A stretch of DNA of 18,322 nucleotides, from contig JBDKUN010000032.1 in the NCBI GenBank assembly GCA_039679675.1, forward strand, positions 1-18,322, given 5' to 3'. Below are positions 17,162 through 18,322 of this stretch, one piece after another; within the stretch, counting starts at the first letter, position 1; each line of letters opens with the position of its first letter. The notes under the pieces are model-generated. The model had not been told where the DNA came from, did not search any database, and saw only the letters and a list, made by a program, of their open reading frames with translations. The stretch comes from Armatimonadota bacterium (lineage in GTDB: Bacteria; Armatimonadota; UBA5829; DTLH01). A program made the translations under genes and the position numbers.

Positions 17162-18124
17162 TTACGCCCACCACATCGCGCCTGTCTCTTCCGTCATAAC
17201 GACCTGTTTCAGGAACTTGACGGCTTTCTGGAAGCCTTCGTTTACGGACATCAGGCTGTCTTCGTGCTCGATTGAAAGCACATCGTCATAACCGACCATC
17301 CGAAGGGTACTCACGATGTCTTTCCAGACCTGATAGCCATGGCCGTAGCCGACGGTCCTGAATATCCATGAGCGGCCGATCTCGTCAGAGTATGGCTTGG
17401 TGTCGAGCACGCCGTTTATGCCCGTATTGATCTCGTCTATGCGGGTATCTTTGGCATGGAAATAATAGATAGTGCTGCCGAGCTTGCGGATGGCCGCTAT
17501 AACATCGATTCCCTGCCAGAACAGGTGGCTCGGATCGAAATTCGCACCTATAGCCTCTCCCGCCGCCTCTCTTATGCGGAGCATTGTCTCCGGATTATAG
17601 ACCACAAACCCCGGATGCATCTCGAAGCAGATCTTAACGCCGTGTTTCTCGGCGAATTTGGCTTCTTCCACCCAGTAGGGAATGACTTTTTCATTCCACT
17701 GCCAGTCAAGGATTTCCGAGAAATCCGGCGGCCATGCGCATGTCACCCAGTTCGGCTTTGTGGCTCCCGGACCGTCTCCGGGGCAGCCCGCGAAATCCAC
17801 CACGCATGTGACCCCCAGTTTTTCGGCAAGCTCGATAGTCTTCCGCCTTGTTTCGTGGTGCGCTTTTGCTATTTTCTCATCAGGATGAAGCGAATTGCCG
17901 TGGCAGGAGAGTGCGCTGATTACGAGCCCTCTGGATTCGACCGCTTTGAGCAGCTCTTTGCATGCGCCTTCGTCAGCAAGCAGCCGGTCCAGGCCCACAT
18001 GCCGGTCCGTGGAGTAGTTCCCCGTGCCAAACTCGACCGCTTCGACTCCTGATTCCGCGATGTAATCAAGCGCCTTGTCCCTGGACTGCTGCCCGAAAAG
18101 TGCCGTAAATACACCTATTTTCAT
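17162..18124 (-). CDS. Sugar phosphate isomerase/epimerase (xylose-isomerase-like TIM barrel, AP_endonuc_2 family)
   Basis: Metal-binding pattern FEMHPG, NFDPSHL, HAKD, SIEHED; 320 aa; GGAGGT RBS. Confidence 0.85.
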   Translation of the reverse strand: MKIGVFTALFGQQSRDKALDYIAESGVEAVEFGTGNYSTDRHVGLDRLLADEGACKELLKAVESRGLVISALSCHGNSLHPDEKIAKAHHETRRKTIELAEKLGVTCVVDFAGCPGDGPGATKPNWVTCAWPPDFSEILDWQWNEKVIPYWVEEAKFAEKHGVKICFEMHPGFVVYNPETMLRIREAAGEAIGANFDPSHLFWQGIDVIAAIRKLGSTIYYFHAKDTRIDEINTGINGVLDTKPYSDEIGRSWIFRTVGYGHGYQVWKDIVSTLRMVGYDDVLSIEHEDSLMSVNEGFQKAVKFLKQVVMTEETGAMWWA

Positions 18125-18161
18125 AGCTTCATACCTCCAATATCATATATCTGCCGGGGGA

Positions 18162-18190
18162 ATTATAAACCAGGGCTGGCAGGCAGTCAA
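18162..18190 (-). promoter_or_regulatory. Near-consensus sigma70 promoter for the sugar isomerase gene
   Basis: Minus strand TTGACT(18190-18185)-N17-TATAAT(18167-18162). Confidence 0.75.
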
Positions 18191-18197
18191 GGTTACG

Positions 18198-18261
18198 CGT
18201 TGCCTCATCTAAAATCGTACCGAAAGTGATTCGTTGCCTCATTTAAGAATCGTACCGAAAG
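18198..18261. repeat. Tandem direct repeat, two copies of 29/30 bp, period 34 bp
   Basis: CGTTGCCTCATCTAA-AATCGTACCGAAAG (18198-18226) and CGTTGCCTCATTTAAGAATCGTACCGAAAG (18232-18261): one substitution and one insertion. Confidence 0.9.
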
Positions 18262-18302
18262 GTTGATATGCCGATGCTGTTTTTGTAGGAGGAAACGCAT
18301 CG

Positions 18303-18322
18303 ATGACCCAGCAAGCAAAGGA
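18303..18322 (+). CDS. Start of a divergent gene running off the window (MTQQAK...)
   Basis: Perfect AGGAGG at 18287-18292, 10 nt before the ATG at 18303; frame open to the window end. Confidence 0.55.

Noticed and set aside
18198..18261. CRISPR array (repeat has CRISPR-like GTT...GAAAG ends and ~30 bp length)
   Set aside because: Only two copies separated by 5 nt, so no real spacer, and no cas genes in the window.
1..18322. Mobile element, prophage or defence island
   Set aside because: No integrase, transposase, phage, toxin-antitoxin or restriction genes, and no terminal repeats seen.

Overview
An 18.3 kb chromosomal window from a diderm (Kdo/LPS-making) bacterium of moderately high GC. 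An Armatimonadota-like origin is my impression only and is unverified. I see no mobile element, CRISPR array, rRNA or tRNA. Plus strand: a tightly coupled tsaC-rfaE2-kdsB-kdsA-acyP operon; a GH94 glycoside phosphorylase-cysK-NDUFA9-like SDR unit; and an ECF sigma / zinc anti-sigma / HtrA envelope-stress module ending at a bidirectional terminator. Minus strand: a GH78 rhamnosidase-fold protein, ndk, a membrane sensor-HAMP-GGDEF-HD-GYP protein, msrA and a TIM-barrel sugar isomerase. A divergent gene starts at the right edge. Main oddities: (1) the GH78 protein has altered active-site motifs and a ~280-aa disordered tail of alternating poly-Arg and acidic blocks, reminiscent of RNase E condensate scaffolds; (2) msrA stops at a TGA exactly where the resolving Cys normally sits, followed by a hairpin (possible Sec/readthrough, or a nonsense change); (3) the divergent promoter region holds a 29/30-bp direct repeat and an RBS-sequestering hairpin.
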